Origin: Vicugna vicugna
Lineage: Eukaryota
DNA: 64,000 nt
Direction: 5' to 3'
Assembly (NCBI GenBank): GCA_013265495.1
Contig: MU057776.1
Location: 124,001-188,000 of the forward strand
Below are positions 60,991 to 64,000 of the stretch, in pieces (the first letter of the stretch is position 1; each line of letters opens with the position of its first letter). The notes under the pieces are model-generated. The model searched no databases. It was not told where the DNA came from and worked only from the letters and a program-made list of their open reading frames with translations. A program made the translations under genes and the position numbers.

Positions 60991-61949
60991 AAAGGAGGCA
61001 AAAGCTCCCAATCACCAGCAGCCCGGGGGACCCCCGCAGGGCTGCCGCTTCCTGGGAGGCCTGCCCACCCCCCACCATGGGCGAGGCTTCAGAGCAGGGC
61101 CGGCCTGCTGGGGGGCTTGGTACCAGGTCTAATTGGTTAAGAGAAGAAAGGCCAGGGCCTGGGGGAAGTGGCTTTTGGGGGAACTGCAGCAAAACCCTGG
61201 GAGGAAGGGCCCCACGATCATCCCTGCCGAAGATTTGGAGGGTTCTGGGGAGAACTGAAGGGCCTGAGACGTCACCCAGCACAGGTTCCGAAGATACAGA
61301 CCTCTGGGTCAGAGAGAAAGGACACCCACGTCTCACAACAAACTCCCAGGCGTTGCCCCAGGGGTCTGGAGGCCCAGGTTCTGGCCCGGGAGGCCTGGGC
61401 AGTGGGTACCTGACACTTCTAACCAGCACAATCTTTGCCCCAAGGATGACATCCCACTAATGACAGGACAGGAGGCAAGCCTGCCCCTGCGCCGTCTCCC
61501 ACAGCTGCTCAGCAGGAGAACGTGCTGAGAAGGACAGCCTAGAGCTCCCCTCACCGCTGGCCCCGGGTCTCGGGAGTCAGGGTCCCGGGTCCCACTCCAC
61601 AGGGAGATGTGTAGGCCACCCCTGCCCACCAGCCAGCCAGCTCACCAGCTCTGGGGTTCAGGGCAAGTTCCAGGGGGATGCCTTCCCCCGGGGGGGTTGG
61701 GGGCGGTCTCCTCAAGGCTCGACCTCAGGGGAAAATGTCGGGGCTCCACTTACAGGCTGCTCTTCTGAGAGGAGCCCTGTCTCCGCAGCACCTCAGGCTT
61801 CAACAGAGGCCATGTCCCCAGCTCGCCGCCCCTGCTTCCTCAGCAGGGTCTCAGCGCAGAGGGGAGCTTGCCCCCAAACCCAGCCTCCGCACCCACAAAC
61901 CCACCCACGTTGTGTCTCTACTTTCACGGATTCTCAGACAGGAAGCTGT

Positions 61950-62470
61950 GCTGACGGCAGGGCCCCTCCCTCCATCAGCCTCCCGCGGTCCCCGCCCCTG
62001 CGCGCCATGTCACTTCGGGGAAACTGAGAGGCTCGGATGCTGCAACAGCGGCCCCACCCCGGGCGCCCCGCGCCAAGCCCCCGCACCCCGCGCCCCTCTC
62101 CCGGGATTCTCCGCCCCTTCCTGCAGCCTGGAGCCGTCTGGGGTCACCGGCACTCGCCTCCCTCCCTGGGGACCCTCTCGACCACCACACCCTGGCCAGC
62201 CGTCCCGGGGAGCTCGAGGAAACGTGTTGCCCCCTCCCAGGACATCCCCTGAGCCGTCCAGATGACTCAGCCCCCTCGGCCGCCCACGGGATTCAGACCC
62301 TCACTACCCGCAAGGCACCTACCCCGGCTGCGCCCGCTTCTGGAGCCCCTTCGGCCACGTGTGGGCCTGCGTCGCCACCTGGTGGCTGCCGGGACAGAAC
62401 GCAGCAACAGGGGCATGAAAGGTGCCGGAGGTAGCGAGGGGGCAGGAGCCTCTGGGCCCACGCAGGTCTT
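61950..62470. promoter_or_regulatory. CpG-rich element with a CTCF consensus (62371-62390) and an AP-1/ARE motif TGACTCAGC (62263-62271)
   Basis: High CpG density; the reverse complement GCAGCCACCAGGTGGCGAC fits the CTCF motif. Confidence 0.55.
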
Positions 62471-62599
62471 CTGGTTTTAAACTGCAGCTGTTGTCCCAGC
62501 ACAGATGGAGACGGACCCGCAGAGATGGCACGGGGAACGGTGACTGCAGGTCCAGGGCCAGCATCTGCCTGGCGCTGCTGGACACCCTCCCCCTCAGTG

Positions 62600-62990
62600 A
62601 GCTGGGGACACTCCGAGAGGAAGGCCAGGCCCTGCCCTCCTGGAGTATAAAGTACAGCATGGAAATGAGAACATACAGACAAAGAAGCAGGCGGGATATA
62701 CATCAACTATTCCTCAATTTTTTAAATTAAAACAAAATAGTAAGCAGGGTAATTTCAGTTTGGAAACAGCTAGGAAGCACATGAAGCAGTGTGAGGTATG
62801 AAGGATGATGGAGGCGGGAGGGGGCGAGGACTCTCTCAGGAAAGTTCCTAAGGACAGGCCTAGGAGAGCATCCTGCTGGAGGAGACTGCCGGGCAAAGGC
62901 CCTGGGGCACAGACGGGTGGTGTGTTCCTCCAGTGGAGGGAATTCAGAGGGAAAGTAGTCAGAGGCCAGACGAGAATGGCAGAGTGACTC
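62600..62990 (-). mobile_element. L2-like fragment
   Basis: 'tcaggaaagttcc...gagcatcctgctggaggagactgccgggcaaaggccctggggca' resembles L2. Confidence 0.5.
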
Positions 62991-64000
62991 AGGAGGGCAG
63001 CCACAGGGCAGCGGCAAGGCCTCTTCGTGCTGGTCTGGTACTGGGTCAGTGCTCTGACCTCCCATGCAGTGGCCCAGGTAAAACTACAGCCTCACAGAGG
63101 ATGCCGTGAATAAACCTCTCAGCACTCCACAGGTGCTGACAGATGCCAGCAAGACTCAGGGTCACAGCACGTGGGGCCCACACGGGGCCCCAGGTCTCCG
63201 TCCTGGTCCTGGGGCGACGTCACATGCAGCATGCACAGTGGGCCGTATCACGGCTGACAGACCTGGGGCCACGGGGCAAGCAGCAAACCCACCAGTCCCT
63301 CCCCCAGGAGGAGGCAGTTAATAGTGGTCCTCCGGGGTCCCCTTGACTTGCCCAGTGGTGCCTGTGATGGCTTCAGAAGCCACTCCGCCTCTGACAGCTG
63401 GCCCTGCAATCTGGTCGTTCAGCACAGACACTTGGGACAGATGGGGCCACAGCCGATAGCCTCCCTCAATAGTTCTACTCTCGGCCAAACTCAAGTTGTC
63501 ACAGGTCGGATATGCTGACAGGCCCTGGGCCACGCCTGCTCACTGTGCCCCACATGTGTTCAGTCCACCTGCAGAGTGAGGTGACCCACAGAACTGACCC
63601 CTGCCATGCTCCCAGGATGCTGGCTCAGATCCTCGTGAGTCCCAGACGGGGTGCAGTTTGCATCTCAGATGACCCTTAGCTTCCCCTCTGAGGGCTTCAC
63701 AGTGGCATCAACCCACACACTGCAGGGGGTGGTCCTCCCCACTAGGCAAGGTGAGCTCAGGGCATCTGCTGTCCGTCATGACTTGCACAGGTGCTGCCCT
63801 TGGGCTGTGCCGTCTCACTAGCCTGGTAGATGGTGTTCTGACCGTTGCTTCTGGGCATGGAGACAGGCATCTGTCCCCCACCCAGGACAGCCTGGGGTCC
63901 AAAGAGAGGATGTGGTCAGGGATGGGAGTTAAGTGGCGATAATCAGAGGTGACAATGACCAGAAGGCTGCCCCGCCCCCTGTGGAGAGGCGCCTGAGGCC

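Overview
Mammalian genomic DNA, very likely a camelid (a vic-1-type tRNA-derived SINE is present). The window is GC-rich, repeat-dense and has two N gaps. It holds part of an interferon-induced transmembrane protein (IFITM, CD225 domain) cluster with four IFITM1-like paralogues: A (- strand, exon 1 only, cut by the window edge), B (+, 125 aa), C (-, 125 aa) and D (-, 114 aa, apparent frameshifted tail). B and C sit tail-to-tail in a near-identical inverted duplication. The paralogues look like a gene-conversion patchwork: conserved cores are homogenised while promoters and C-terminal tails diverge. Only A keeps canonical ISREs; B and C have decayed ISREs plus a perfect CArG palindrome, and D has a GAS motif. 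The rest is transposable elements: a near full-length L1 with a nested LTR, a degenerate 9.3-kb ERV provirus (two LTRs, tRNA-Leu PBS, gag/pol/env remnants) and many solo LTRs and L1/L2/MIR fragments. I see no new gene family. The best leads are the modular IFITM array, strong AT-to-GC asymmetry between the provirus LTRs, and a SINE with a 3' read-through extension. Repeat family names and boundaries are by eye and approximate.
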